Source: a candidate division WOR-3 bacterium (GTDB taxonomy: Bacteria > Hydrothermota > Tepidihabitantia > SM23-42). Taken from it: DNA of 64,000 nucleotides. The notes under the pieces are model-generated. The model made no database searches and was not told the DNA's origin. It was given only the letters and a program-made list of their open reading frames with translations. The first letter of the stretch is position 1, and every line of letters begins with the position of its first letter. The stretch covers positions 10,637 to 74,636 of the forward strand of contig JAOUFJ010000002.1 of the NCBI GenBank assembly GCA_029858255.1, written 5' to 3'. This document shows positions 1-10,271 of this stretch, piece after piece. Both the position numbers and the translations under genes were made by a program.

Positions 1-3000
1 TTCCAAAGGAAATCAATACCCTGGTCCATGCCGGCAAGGAACGTGGGTGATAACGATATCTCGATTCCACCCAGGTGTTCGTCGATCTGTGACGGAACGA
101 CTATTGCCTCAAGCGATGAATCGATGGTCGAACCAGAGGTTGCCACGGCTTCAAACAGCGGTGGCATGATGACCGGTATTTTGAGTTTTAACGCATCCTT
201 TTTATCACCCATACGGGATTTGAATTCGAATGTCGCTTCGCCAGCATTGCGTGCGTTGAACCTGAAGAGTATTTCTGCACTGCTATTCGGCATTAGGGTC
301 ATTTCCTGCTGTTTCGGCTCAAGTTGCTCAAGCCCTGATACGAGGCACTCAACAATGGCTTTCTCTTTCTTGTCAGTACGGTTGTGCAAGACGACCCCAG
401 CCCTGAACTCGTCACCGACGCGCAAGAATCTTGGAATCGATGGAGTGATCATGAAAGGCAGGCTGACGACGAGCGTCGATTCAGCAGAGCCGAATTGAGA
501 GTTTGCAGTCTGTACCACGGCCATTATTCTGAATTTCGTCAGATTGTCTGGTAGTTCGAAACGCACTCTGGCTTTACCATCGTTGCCCGTTCTCAGATTT
601 CCTTTGTAGAATGCCGTTGCAATGAATTTTTCACGGTAAGCAACACCTTCGGCAAAGGCGCCTCCTCCACCTCTTTCCTCGCCCTTCTCGCCGTAGTTAC
701 GCTCACCGAGTATATTCACTCGTGATTCGATCGTCCTCACCGACAGCGACCTGGTGCCGTAGAAGTGATCGAACGGGTTTGGTGTCCTGAAATCTATGAG
801 GTTGAGAACACCAAGGTCAACAACGAAAAGGGCAACGTCGCTGCCTGCTACGGTTTTGCCATTGTTATCTTTTACTACAAGATCCAAAGCAACAGTATCG
901 CGTGGCCGGTAGTCCTTTCGATCAGGACTGACGCTCACCTGTAATCTCTTCTCAACGGCGTTGACCATCAGATTCAGGTACCCGATCTTGAATTGAGGTT
1001 TACCAAGGTCCTGTTCCTTCTCTTCATCCCAGGATAGATCCTTGACGCGACCCCGAAGCAGAGACACGCAAACATATATATTGGGTAGATAATGTGATCT
1101 TATCGGCAGTTCAATATAATCGGCGTTACCTCGCAGTACCTGAGTGAATCTATCGATGACGAGTTCCCTCTCGACGGTTACGAGGCATCGTGCGGAATCA
1201 TAGGGTGATTTGACAAGGATGCGTGCAGTATCTCCGATCTCGTATTGCTCTTTATCGGCAACCATTTCTATGATATCATCATCCCGCATTTCCCAACCCG
1301 CATGTCCACGACCTGCCACGTAGTAATACCTGCGTGTGCTCGAAATCCTGCCCCGGTCATCCTTGCCATAGGCACGGGTGTAGTAAAAGCCCGGTGCATC
1401 GGGTATTACCGCGACGAACGTCTTTTCACTGCTCTTGATCTTGTGACTGGAAATCTTCGTGTCGACTTGCTCGGAAACCCACTCATATCGACCGCCTAGA
1501 CGCGCTTTCTTTATCGACTTCCACTCGCGCCTGAAAACCTCCACGATAATGTTGCGACCGTCGACCTTTTCACCTGACGGTTTCACCGTTATGACATCAA
1601 GCTTAACGGTATCATCCAGAACGTACACGTATTTGTCGGTCTTCAATCCGATAAGATATTCAGCATTCAGCGCAAGCCAGTTCTGCTCCTTGCTTACCGT
1701 GGTCATATTTGGGGCCGTCACCGTTCCTTCCAGATAGATCAGTGATGGTGAGTAAATATCCTTTTGCGACAGCCGGGCCGATGCAGCATATTCACCTTTC
1801 TGATTGAGCTTGCCGGTTCCGGAACCCAGCAGTTCGCGCTCACGGTCTGCGTCGTACTCACCGAATACGTACCCCTTATGCGCGGGAAAACTCAGCCGAT
1901 AGTGACTTCGTCTGATGCTCCAGGTGACTGCAGCATCTTTCATCGGCATGCCAAAGAGATAGTTGCCTTGTATTATGCCATTGAAGGATTCACCGGCGAT
2001 AAAAGTATCCTTCTGTGCTGTTACATTGACCTCGAATTCTGCAGGCCGGTAGGCTTCAACCCTGAACGATCGGAAGAAAGAGACCGGTTTGCCCGGAAAG
2101 GTCACACTCACTGAATAGACACCGGTAGGCGCATCATCTTCCAGAGAGATATTCTCAACAAACGAACCGTATCTGTCTATTTGAAGAGTATCGACGATCA
2201 TCTCTTCGTCACGTGCGTCGCGTACTTTGAAGACGACCCGGTTCACGTCAGGAATGACCCACTGACCTTTTGTTTTCTTTCGTATAATGCCTTTGAGGTG
2301 GACGGATTCACCTGCACGGTATAAACCCTTTTCGGTGAAGATGTAAGCCTCGTATTCTTCGGGTTGCGCGTACCAATTATATGAGATGTTAAATCGCCAT
2401 GGGTCAATACCGAAACTCCACTGGTTTGAATATACTGCAGCGTCATTTGCTAACGACAGGGTCAGCCAGAATTTCGGTTCATCGTATACTGACCATTCAT
2501 AGGACTCATATTCGCTTTCGCTCTCATATGATACAGGTGGTGAACCAAGACCCAGTTCATACCAACCAGGCGATTCGCAGAATCCGTTCGAGTCTGTAAA
2601 TCCTTCCCAGAGTATACGGTTGTCATTATTGCGGATCTGCACCCTGACACGATGCAGGGGTCTCGTATCATAAAGCGAAGTTGCCCAAATGAGATTATTC
2701 TCGGGCGAATATTTCCAGGTAACACCGATATCGCTGACCTCAACAAATGCTCTTGAATAACGATAGCTTGTACTGTAACGGCTCTGCCCCAGATTATCAA
2801 GCTGCATGAATACCAAACCGTTCCTTGCATCACCCAGGATATCGGTCAGTTCAACCGGTACGAGCATCTGCTGATTATGGAAGTTCTTCCGCGAGTTAAT
2901 ATACCAGTTACGGGATATCCGGAAGAAATCACTGGTTCGTGGAATGAATTTCTTGTTTGACCAGAAAAGTTCTGGTGTATTTAGGAATGGCACTGCTTGG

Positions 3001-4259
3001 TCGATACCCAATTTCGCTAATTGAACATACACACTATCGACATTGACAACTGTAATAGGAAATCTCAGGTCGCTTTCTGCCTCGACAAGGTTTATTCCAG
3101 TCGGCATCTCGACATGCGGTGTGAAGTCACCTCTCGTGAATTTGAAGCGGTACTCGTCGTCAAGCCGATTCCCATAAATATCCTGCAGATCTTTACTGAT
3201 ACGTATATCGTGGTCTTTGCCTTGGACGAACGGCAAATAGAGGTATATCTCGTTAGTTGACCATTCGTCGTCGCTGTATTCTGGAGGGATCTCGACCGCA
3301 GGTTCTACCGAGATATTCTTCACCAGGTCTTTCATGACCACCCGATTAGAAAAACAAAGCTGCAGGGCTCCCTCCCCAGGTGTAGTACGATTGAATCCGA
3401 TCAGCGCGAACTCGTTATACGTATTGAATCTAATAATATTTTCATCTTCAGCGCCGAGGTTTCCATGTTTAGCGAGCAGTCCAGGATGCAGAACAACTTC
3501 GATCTGAGATTCCACAGGCAACTTCTCTTTGGGGACGAGTACGAGTGTTGCGGAATTCTCCCATTGCTTGAGAGGATATTCTTCCTTTTCATCATCGCTC
3601 AGATTACGTACTTTATAGGACAATTCACCACGGAAGTGCGGCGTTCCGGATTTCACCTGGCCGCACCAGACCCGTGATGGCATGCCCCTGGTATAGTATA
3701 TCTTCATCTTGTCACGAACCCTGTCAGGTGACATGTCAGTATTGAAATTCAGGTAGATGTTCGCGTTCAATTCAATGAACTGCGCGTTGTGATAAGGAAC
3801 AGATGACAACAGCCTTGGCCGTATGCTCTCGAACGACCATGAGGTATCCCGTAGAAGGGCCATGCCGGTAAGTGATTTGATCTTCTCTCTGTTGAGTCTC
3901 ACAGTGAACTTCGTGGCCGATATAAGTGTATCATCGGGGATGAACGCCAACGTGCGGGTGCCCATCCACCGGTACTTACCGCGCAGCTGTGGCTCGATCT
4001 TCAAAGGACCTGACTTTTCATCTTTATCGATTTGCTGCAGCGGTATCATTGGTTGGTTGAATCCGACAAGAATTTTGAATGTCTCGAGCGACCCTTCTGT
4101 TTTTCCTAATGGTGAAATATGCGTGACCTGGAGGGGAATAGTGTCTCCTGTTAGAAGCATACGTTGAGTCACTATATCGATTTCTTCTTCTCGACGTCCG
4201 CAGATGACAGTTGAAAGAATAATACATACGACAAATAATGCAAAGATCGGTTTCTTCAT
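1..4259 (-). CDS. alpha-2-macroglobulin family protein (YfhM-like), probable lipoprotein; runs off the window's left edge
   Basis: Not in the ORF track; translated by hand. ATG at 4259 after GGGAGG; N-terminus MKKPIFALFVVCIILSTVIC; MG2-type motif YIFTEKGLYRAGESVHLKG; F-x-LPDNLTKFR motif. Spot checks at 4259, ~2345 and 1-80 are all in the same frame. The thioester region lies just outside the window. Confidence 0.9.
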   Translation of the reverse strand, partial: MKKPIFALFVVCIILSTVICGRREEEIDIVTQRMLLTGDTIPLQVTHISPLGKTEGSLETFKILVGFNQPMIPLQQIDKDEKSGPLKIEPQLRGKYRWMGTRTLAFIPDDTLISATKFTVRLNREKIKSLTGMALLRDTSWSFESIRPRLLSSVPYHNAQFIELNANIYLNFNTDMSPDRVRDKMKIYYTRGMPSRVWCGQVKSGTPHFRGELSYKVRNLSDDEKEEYPLKQWENSATLVLVPKEKLPVESQIEVVLHPGLLAKHGNLGAEDENIIRFNTYNEFALIGFNRTTPGEGALQLCFSNRVVMKDLVKNISVEPAVEIPPEYSDDEWSTNEIYLYLPFVQGKDHDIRISKDLQDIYGNRLDDEYRFKFTRGDFTPHVEMPTGINLVEAESDLRFPITVVNVDSVYVQLAKLGIDQAVPFLNTPELFWSNKKFIPRTSDFFRISRNWYINSRKNFHNQQMLVPVELTDILGDARNGLVFMQLDNLGQSRYSTSYRYSRAFVEVSDIGVTWKYSPENNLIWATSLYDTRPLHRVRVQIRNNDNRILWEGFTDSNGFCESPGWYELGLGSPPVSYESESEYESYEWSVYDEPKFWLTLSLANDAAVYSNQWSFGIDPWRFNISYNWYAQPEEYEAYIFTEKGLYRAGESVHLKGIIRKKTKGQWVIPDVNRVVFKVRDARDEEMIVDTLQIDRYGSFVENISLEDDAPTGVYSVSVTFPGKPVSFFRSFRVEAYRPAEFEVNVTAQKDTFIAGESFNGIIQGNYLFGMPMKDAAVTWSIRRSHYRLSFPAHKGYVFGEYDADRERELLGSGTGKLNQKGEYAASARLSQKDIYSPSLIYLEGTVTAPNMTTVSKEQNWLALNAEYLIGLKTDKYVYVLDDTVKLDVITVKPSGEKVDGRNIIVEVFRREWKSIKKARLGGRYEWVSEQVDTKISSHKIKSSEKTFVAVIPDAPGFYYTRAYGKDDRGRISSTRRYYYVAGRGHAGWEMRDDDIIEMVADKEQYEIGDTARILVKSPYDSARCLVTVERELVIDRFTQVLRGNADYIELPIRSHYLPNIYVCVSLLRGRVKDLSWDEEKEQDLGKPQFKIGYLNLMVNAVEKRLQVSVSPDRKDYRPRDTVALDLVVKDNNGKTVAGSDVALFVVDLGVLNLIDFRTPNPFDHFYGTRSLSVRTIESRVNILGERNYGEKGEERGGGGAFAEGVAYREKFIATAFYKGNLRTGNDGKARVRFELPDNLTKFRIMAVVQTANSQFGSAESTLVVSLPFMITPSIPRFLRVGDEFRAGVVLHNRTDKKEKAIVECLVSGLEQLEPKQQEMTLMPNSSAEILFRFNARNAGEATFEFKSRMGDKKDALKLKIPVIMPPLFEAVATSGSTIDSSLEAIVVPSQIDEHLGGIEISLSPTFLAGMDQGIDFLW

Positions 4260-4374
4260 ATGACCTCCCGGGCAAGACCATTCTTGCCAGTTATCTTGGA
4301 TAAAATCATGTGTTGGCTCTTTTTATCGAATTTTCTATGTCATCCATGACGCAATGGTGTCAAATTACAGATAG

Positions 4375-4402
4375 ATTATAGATTAAAAGGATATCAAGTC
4401 AA
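4375..4402 (-). promoter_or_regulatory. sigma70-type promoter of the alpha-2-macroglobulin gene
   Basis: TTGACT-N16-TATAAT. Confidence 0.75.
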
Positions 4403-4543
4403 TTGTCTCCTTGATTAAACGGACAGTGTAAATAATCTTGCGAAATTCACTCAATGAATAACATCACCGTCCATACTTCTTGTTGCCGGGAATGGAATAT
4501 CATCGTGCCGTGTTATCGATGGTATTGGTGATCGTTTGGGTAT

Positions 4544-7500
4544 CTACCTCACAAGTATGATCCCTTTAGTGAATGTCGTGTTGCCAACGTTCAATTGGCA
4601 GAAAAACACGCCATTCGGTACTTTTCTATTCAGATTATCTGTGCCATTCCACTGAATCTTTCCGGAAATGAGACCGGAATATGAGGATTCCGTGAATTCG
4701 CTGACAAGACGCCCTGCGATATCAAAAATCTTCAGGTGCACCTCTTCGCCGAGCGCTTTCCGTTTGTCTATCTGGAATTCGATATTCACAATATCGCAGA
4801 AAGGATTCGGGTATACCTTGAAGAACGAAACGAATTCGGTGCTCTTATCTTCGGTAATACCCGTTCCCGTATTGTATAATACGGTCACGGTGTTTGAGGA
4901 GTAATCGCTGCATGCTATTTCCAAATCACCGTCGACATCATAGTCACCGGGTTGAATACCCCAGGGGTTGTTCCCGACCTGATAAGCCGAAAGATCCGTG
5001 AATGTCCCACTGCCATTATTGAGCAACACTGCTACTGTATCGACGCCGTTAACACTTGTTGCCAAATCTATGTCGCCGTCGCCGTCAAAATCGCCACCGT
5101 TGATATATCGTGTTTGACTGCCGGTTTGATAGGCAACCGGGCCGGAAAACGTTCCATCACCGTCATTGAGTATCACAGTGATGTTACTACCGCCGTAGTT
5201 AGCAGTCGCGATATCAACAAAACCGTCAGCATTGAAATCATTGGCGAACACGGACGTTGGGCTCTCGCCCACCGAAAAGTTTGCGAGATCGGAAAAATTA
5301 CCATTGCCGTCATTATGCAGTACGGAGACGTTATCATTACCTGAATTGGTAATCGCGAGGTCGAGATCTCCATCGTTGTCGACGTCGCTCACGACTACCC
5401 CTCGTGCCCACGTTCCTGCAGAATAGGTATATGGTCCTGAGAGACTTCCACTTCCGCTGTTAAGCATGACCCGCACGTTATCGCTCGAACCCCAGCCATC
5501 GGTCATAACTACATCGACATCGCCATCCGCATCAAAATCACCACCGGCAACATGTTGGCCGAGAATGGCGGGAGCGTACGTGGCGAAGACAGTGAAGATG
5601 CCGCTGCCATCGTTCTTAAGAACCAGCAGATGCGATGTTCCCGGCTCATTATGGGCTGAAACCAAATCGATGTCACCATCCCCGTCCAGATCGGCACCGA
5701 ATAGAGCCATAGGATCATTCTGAACCGCGGTGTATGAAGGTGCTGAGAACATCCCACTACCATCATTGAGTAATATCGCAATGCTGTTCGGATTTGAGGT
5801 CGTTGCAATATCAACGTCACCGTCCGCGTCAAAATCGCCTGCAAACATGCCGCGGGGTTGGCTGCCAACCGGAAAATTCAGCGGGGAGCCAAAAGAACCA
5901 TCCGAAGGCGTAGTGACTTCTGTGGTAAAATTCCACACAAAACCCTTCAGGTAAACACCTATGAGGGCTTGAATTTCCCGGGTCAAACACGCATTGATCA
6001 CCTCACCATCAATGAAATCAATACTTGGGTCGAAAGTGGCGGTCGATGTGACACTCGAATAATTGATCGTACCTTGATGAGGACCTGACTGTGCGCCGTA
6101 CACAATATAAGTTGTATCATTAATAGTTGCGGCGCCGACCTCGATATTAAACGTAGCCGCAACGTCAGTAGACTTCGATACATCGAGTTTATTTTGTTCT
6201 GGTTCGGTGGTCGTAATGAGAAGGGCACTCTCGTTGAGTAATATCGACACGGTGTTGACCGCAAAATTGGGTGTCGCCAGGTCCATATCCCGATCCCCGT
6301 CAAAATCAGAAGCGGCAAGCGCGTACGGGGCGCCATTGGCAGGGTAATAATTGGCTGGTGTAAATGTACCGTCTCCATTACCCAGCAGCACAGCAACGTC
6401 ATTCGATGCACCATTTGCCGTACACAAATCACTGTGTCCATCACCGTCTACATCGAAGGCGATTATTGCACCAGGGTCAAGTCCCACAGCATAGTAACTG
6501 ATCGGGCCAAACGTTCCATCTCCATTTCCCAATCGTATCGAGATATTGTCGGAACCGGCATTAGCCATTGCGAGATCCAGATGGCCATCTTCACTGAGGT
6601 CGGCGGCGCATAACGAGAGCGGCGTAGAACCTGCAGCATAATTGCTTGCAGTGCCAAAATTGCCATCACCTTCGCCAAGCAATATCGATATATTATTGGT
6701 ACCAGCATTCGCTGCGGATAAATCCAGTAAACCATCATTATTAAAATCGACGCTGATGAGTGATTTCGGGGTTGTGCCCACTGGGAAATTGACAGGACTG
6801 GCGAAACTGCCGTCCCCGATACCCATCAAAACTGAGACGTTATTAGAAACGGCATTTGCCGTTGCAATGTCAACGTGACCATCGGCATTGAAATCACCGT
6901 AACAAAGTGAATATGGTTGGCTGCCGGTTGAATAATATGTAGCCGTCTGAAAAGTGCCATTACCGTTACCCAGGAGCACCGATACATTATTGCTATTTGC
7001 ATTTGCACTGACCAGGTCAACATTACCGTCTCCGTCTGCATCAAAAGCCTCCACTGCTGTAGGGTTTAAGCCGACACCGTAGGCGTTTTGTGCGCCAAAC
7101 GTACCGTCACCGTTACCGAGTAGTACTGACAAATTGCTGCCATCGTAGTTAGCTGTTGCCAAATCAGAGTTGCCGTCTGCATCAAAGTCACATGATACGA
7201 TTGAATGAGGGGCAGTGCCGGCGGGGTAATTCGCGCTCAAGGAAAACATACCAGAACCGCTATCGACCAGACACGTGAACTGCCAGACAAATCCTTGCAG
7301 TGAATCGCCTGTCGTCGATTGAATGCCGTCGCCGAGTAATACCGTAACGATTTCCCCGCATTTAAAATTCTGCTCAGGATGGACGTTAATCATCCGCGCA
7401 GTGCTATCGTACGAAAGACTTGCTGAGTGCAATCCGGTCAGGTGACCGTTCAGTACAACAGTACTTTCGCTGAACGTAGCATAGTCCATATCGATATTGA

Positions 7501-8455
7501 ACATTGCGGAGACATCGACCGTATCGACAACATTCAATTCGTTCTGCATGGGTATCGTCAGGATAACTAATGGAAAATCTGTCGTCGCCTCGGGACCACC
7601 GTAAGCACCCATGTCATTCCTCGTACCATCAGGGTCATCGTATTGAAGTAGAGGATTGCCCGAGTCGATGCAAGGAGATGCTGGTTGAAGATGATAATCG
7701 CCCAAAGGCTCGTCAACATAAAGGGGGTTTGCAGAGATGCATCCTTGCCCTGGGGAGCAATAGTGGTAATTCTGCCCGTTATTCCATACATCGTTGTACG
7801 TGATATCCGTCGGGACGCTGGTATTCACAACGCCGATTCCGTACGTAGTATTCCCCGTCACGATGTTGTTCATGACAATTGGTTGATACCCGCCGCTGTC
7901 ATATATGCCGTTATTGTTATTTGCTATTGTGTTATTGACGACTGAGGCATCAGTACTCAGACTGACACCCGTGTAAGTATTGTCGACCACGATATTGTTG
8001 TGTATGTATGCGTTAGCCCCGTTCCAGGTGACGATACCGAAATCATTTCCTTCGACTCGATTACTGCTGAGGTCGGGTGAAGCACCACTATTGCAGAAGA
8101 TTCCGGCTCCACCGGGCATTGAACCGCCAGAATGTGCACCGGTTACGGTGAACCCAAGGAATTTGGTAGTATTCGTGATGTTATTACCTGATGCAAAAAC
8201 CACATCGCCAGCGTTTCCTCCACCATCAATGATTGATCTGCCTTCTCCTGCGCCCATAATAGTAACACCGGCTTTCAGTGTGATCTCTTCATAATATGTA
8301 CCCGGTGCTACTAGAACAATATCGTTGGCAACTGCCGCGTCTATCCCTGCCTGTATGGTGGGATAGTCACCAGGCACTTTGATTATTCCTCCCCGGATTT
8401 GTCCAGGAAGAAGCATAATCACAATGAACGGAATAAAAATTCTACACATCTCCAC
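4544..8455 (-). CDS. secreted surface protein: pectin-lyase-like beta-helix, two Ig-like domains, two FG-GAP/VCBS repeat arrays, C-terminal T9SS-type/FlgD Ig domain
   Basis: Signal peptide; VPGDYPTIQAGID...VAPGTY beta-helix start; many DFxxDGxxDLA...N...SVLLGNGDG repeats; C-terminal YPNPF...IFDIAGRLV...GVFF. Confidence 0.9.
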   Translation of the reverse strand: MEMCRIFIPFIVIMLLPGQIRGGIIKVPGDYPTIQAGIDAAVANDIVLVAPGTYYEEITLKAGVTIMGAGEGRSIIDGGGNAGDVVFASGNNITNTTKFLGFTVTGAHSGGSMPGGAGIFCNSGASPDLSSNRVEGNDFGIVTWNGANAYIHNNIVVDNTYTGVSLSTDASVVNNTIANNNNGIYDSGGYQPIVMNNIVTGNTTYGIGVVNTSVPTDITYNDVWNNGQNYHYCSPGQGCISANPLYVDEPLGDYHLQPASPCIDSGNPLLQYDDPDGTRNDMGAYGGPEATTDFPLVILTIPMQNELNVVDTVDVSAMFNIDMDYATFSESTVVLNGHLTGLHSASLSYDSTARMINVHPEQNFKCGEIVTVLLGDGIQSTTGDSLQGFVWQFTCLVDSGSGMFSLSANYPAGTAPHSIVSCDFDADGNSDLATANYDGSNLSVLLGNGDGTFGAQNAYGVGLNPTAVEAFDADGDGNVDLVSANANSNNVSVLLGNGNGTFQTATYYSTGSQPYSLCYGDFNADGHVDIATANAVSNNVSVLMGIGDGSFASPVNFPVGTTPKSLISVDFNNDGLLDLSAANAGTNNISILLGEGDGNFGTASNYAAGSTPLSLCAADLSEDGHLDLAMANAGSDNISIRLGNGDGTFGPISYYAVGLDPGAIIAFDVDGDGHSDLCTANGASNDVAVLLGNGDGTFTPANYYPANGAPYALAASDFDGDRDMDLATPNFAVNTVSILLNESALLITTTEPEQNKLDVSKSTDVAATFNIEVGAATINDTTYIVYGAQSGPHQGTINYSSVTSTATFDPSIDFIDGEVINACLTREIQALIGVYLKGFVWNFTTEVTTPSDGSFGSPLNFPVGSQPRGMFAGDFDADGDVDIATTSNPNSIAILLNDGSGMFSAPSYTAVQNDPMALFGADLDGDGDIDLVSAHNEPGTSHLLVLKNDGSGIFTVFATYAPAILGQHVAGGDFDADGDVDVVMTDGWGSSDNVRVMLNSGSGSLSGPYTYSAGTWARGVVVSDVDNDGDLDLAITNSGNDNVSVLHNDGNGNFSDLANFSVGESPTSVFANDFNADGFVDIATANYGGSNITVILNDGDGTFSGPVAYQTGSQTRYINGGDFDGDGDIDLATSVNGVDTVAVLLNNGSGTFTDLSAYQVGNNPWGIQPGDYDVDGDLEIACSDYSSNTVTVLYNTGTGITEDKSTEFVSFFKVYPNPFCDIVNIEFQIDKRKALGEEVHLKIFDIAGRLVSEFTESSYSGLISGKIQWNGTDNLNRKVPNGVFFCQLNVGNTTFTKGIILVR

Positions 8456-8537
8456 CTTCCTTTTTATTATATCGCAAATGCACTTCTCGATTTACTCAAG
8501 TTGTCATAAATATCCAATTTCTGCGCTCTTACGACAA

Positions 8538-8565
8538 ATTGTACTCTGAATTTGCAGTAAGTCAA
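8538..8565 (-). promoter_or_regulatory. sigma70-type promoter of the FG-GAP protein gene
   Basis: TTGACT-N16-TACAAT. Confidence 0.7.
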
Positions 8566-8633
8566 ACCATATGATGCCCGCAACATACAGGGCAAGCATT
8601 AGAAGTCAATCGGAGCGTTGTTATATCTATTTA

Positions 8634-8690
8634 CCCTCCCTTGACGGGAGGGGTTCACCCCGCCTTAATCCTCCCCCATCAAGGGGGAGG
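8634..8690. repeat. REP-like inverted palindrome doublet
   Basis: CCCTCCC-TTGAC-GGGAGGG (8634-8652) and CCTCCCCC-ATCAA-GGGGGAGG (8670-8690); the two loops are near reverse complements; small GGGG-TTCA-CCCC hairpin between them. Confidence 0.65.
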
Positions 8691-8728
8691 AAGTTCAATA
8701 CGACAGGAGGTGATCATGGGGAGGGAAC

Positions 8729-10243
8729 TCAGAATGGCAAAGGCAGAGTGTTGATCTTGAAAACCGGGATGACAAGGAAATATACGATAAGGGTGATGAT
8801 TATCGCACCGATTATATTGAGGAAAAATCCGACCCTCGCCATATCGGGTATTCTTAAATAGCCGCTGCCGAAGACGATCGCGTTTGGTGGTGTCGCGACC
8901 GGCAGCATGAAGGCGCAGGACGCGGACATCGCGGCGGGTATCATGAGCATGAACGGGTGAATACAGGCCGCGGCCGCCAGTGAACCGAGCACCGGCATCA
9001 TCATCGTTGTCGTTGCAGTGTTGGAAGTTAATTCCGTGAGAAAAGTCAACAGTAGACAGATACAAAGAATCATGATAATCGTGGGTACACCACACAGAAA
9101 GGAAAGCCTCTCTCCTATCCACTGTGCTAACCCGGAAACCTGGAATCCGGCGGCCAGAGCAAAACCACCTCCGAACAGGAGTATGATACCCCATGGTATG
9201 CGCAGCGCCCATTCCCAATTAAGAACAAATATTCCTTTCTTGAAGTTGACTGGCAATAAAAAGAGCAACAGCGCGCCGAAAATCGCAACCGTTGAGTCAT
9301 GTACGTATTCGCTAATACCCATGAGATCTGACCAGCCCGGGATCGCAAAAATACCAATATCTATATCACGGCGGAATATCCAGGCAAGTGCTACAAGTGA
9401 GAAAACAATAAGCGTCAGTTTTTCTCCTTTGTTCATTTTTCCAAGGGCAGCCAAATCAGCTCTGATGATCTCCTTACCTCCGGGGATCTTGGTTATTCCC
9501 GGTGGTGCCGCAATGTATGTCAGGTAAAACCAAGTTACTGGTAGGAATACCACTACAAGGGGCAGGCCGATCTTCAGCCAGTCAAGAAAGCCGACCTCTA
9601 TTGCCGAAGGGAACATCGACCTTACTACTCCAGCAAACACAATGTTCGGCGGTGTACCGACGAGCGTCGCGATACCTCCAATACTCGCAGAATAGGCAAT
9701 GCCAAGCATCAATGATAGACCGAATTTGAAATTACCGGGTGTCGTGTTCACGCCTTTGTTATCTTTCCCCACGGCGCTTACCACGTGGAGTATCACCGCG
9801 AGACCGATCGGGAACATCATCATCGCCGTCGCAGTATTGGATATCCACATGGAGAGAAATGCTGTGGCGCACATGAACCCGAGTACTATTCTTCGGGGTG
9901 AGGTTCCCAGGAGGCGCACAATATAAAGCGCAATACGTTTATGCAATTCCCAACGCTGCATTGACATGGCAATGAAAAATCCGCCCATGAAGAGGAAAAT
10001 ATTCTGGTCCGCATACCTCATTGCTACATCACGTGCATTCATGATCTGGAAAACCGGAAAAAGGATTAATGGTAGCAACGCAGTTGCCGGGATCGGAATG
10101 GCTTCGGTGATCCACCATGTTGCCATGAGCAGTGCAACACCGGCGGTGCACGTAGCCTGCGTACTGAGACCTGGAAATGGTTTGATTGCCAGGATCAGAA
10201 TGAACAACAAAGGTCCGAGAAATAAACCTATCTTGTGACGCAT
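8729..10243 (-). CDS. SLC13/DASS family sodium:dicarboxylate/sulfate symporter
   Basis: WWITEAIP, SMWISNTAT, GTPPN, SNTAT and FMLPVATPPNAI motifs; start may be 10243 or 10252. Confidence 0.93.
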   Translation of the reverse strand: MRHKIGLFLGPLLFILILAIKPFPGLSTQATCTAGVALLMATWWITEAIPIPATALLPLILFPVFQIMNARDVAMRYADQNIFLFMGGFFIAMSMQRWELHKRIALYIVRLLGTSPRRIVLGFMCATAFLSMWISNTATAMMMFPIGLAVILHVVSAVGKDNKGVNTTPGNFKFGLSLMLGIAYSASIGGIATLVGTPPNIVFAGVVRSMFPSAIEVGFLDWLKIGLPLVVVFLPVTWFYLTYIAAPPGITKIPGGKEIIRADLAALGKMNKGEKLTLIVFSLVALAWIFRRDIDIGIFAIPGWSDLMGISEYVHDSTVAIFGALLLFLLPVNFKKGIFVLNWEWALRIPWGIILLFGGGFALAAGFQVSGLAQWIGERLSFLCGVPTIIMILCICLLLTFLTELTSNTATTTMMMPVLGSLAAAACIHPFMLMIPAAMSASCAFMLPVATPPNAIVFGSGYLRIPDMARVGFFLNIIGAIIITLIVYFLVIPVFKINTLPLPF

Positions 10244-10271
10244 TATGCACACATTCTATAGAATACTGTGG

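Noticed and set aside
28..4281. Many short ORFs listed on both strands
   Set aside because: They are shadows of the long minus-strand alpha-2-macroglobulin gene, which the track missed because it runs off the window
5000..7260. Periodic nucleotide repeats (e.g. CCGTTACC, GTCGCCGTC) as a CRISPR or tandem array
   Set aside because: They are degenerate, in-frame FG-GAP protein repeats with no identical repeat-spacer structure and no cas genes
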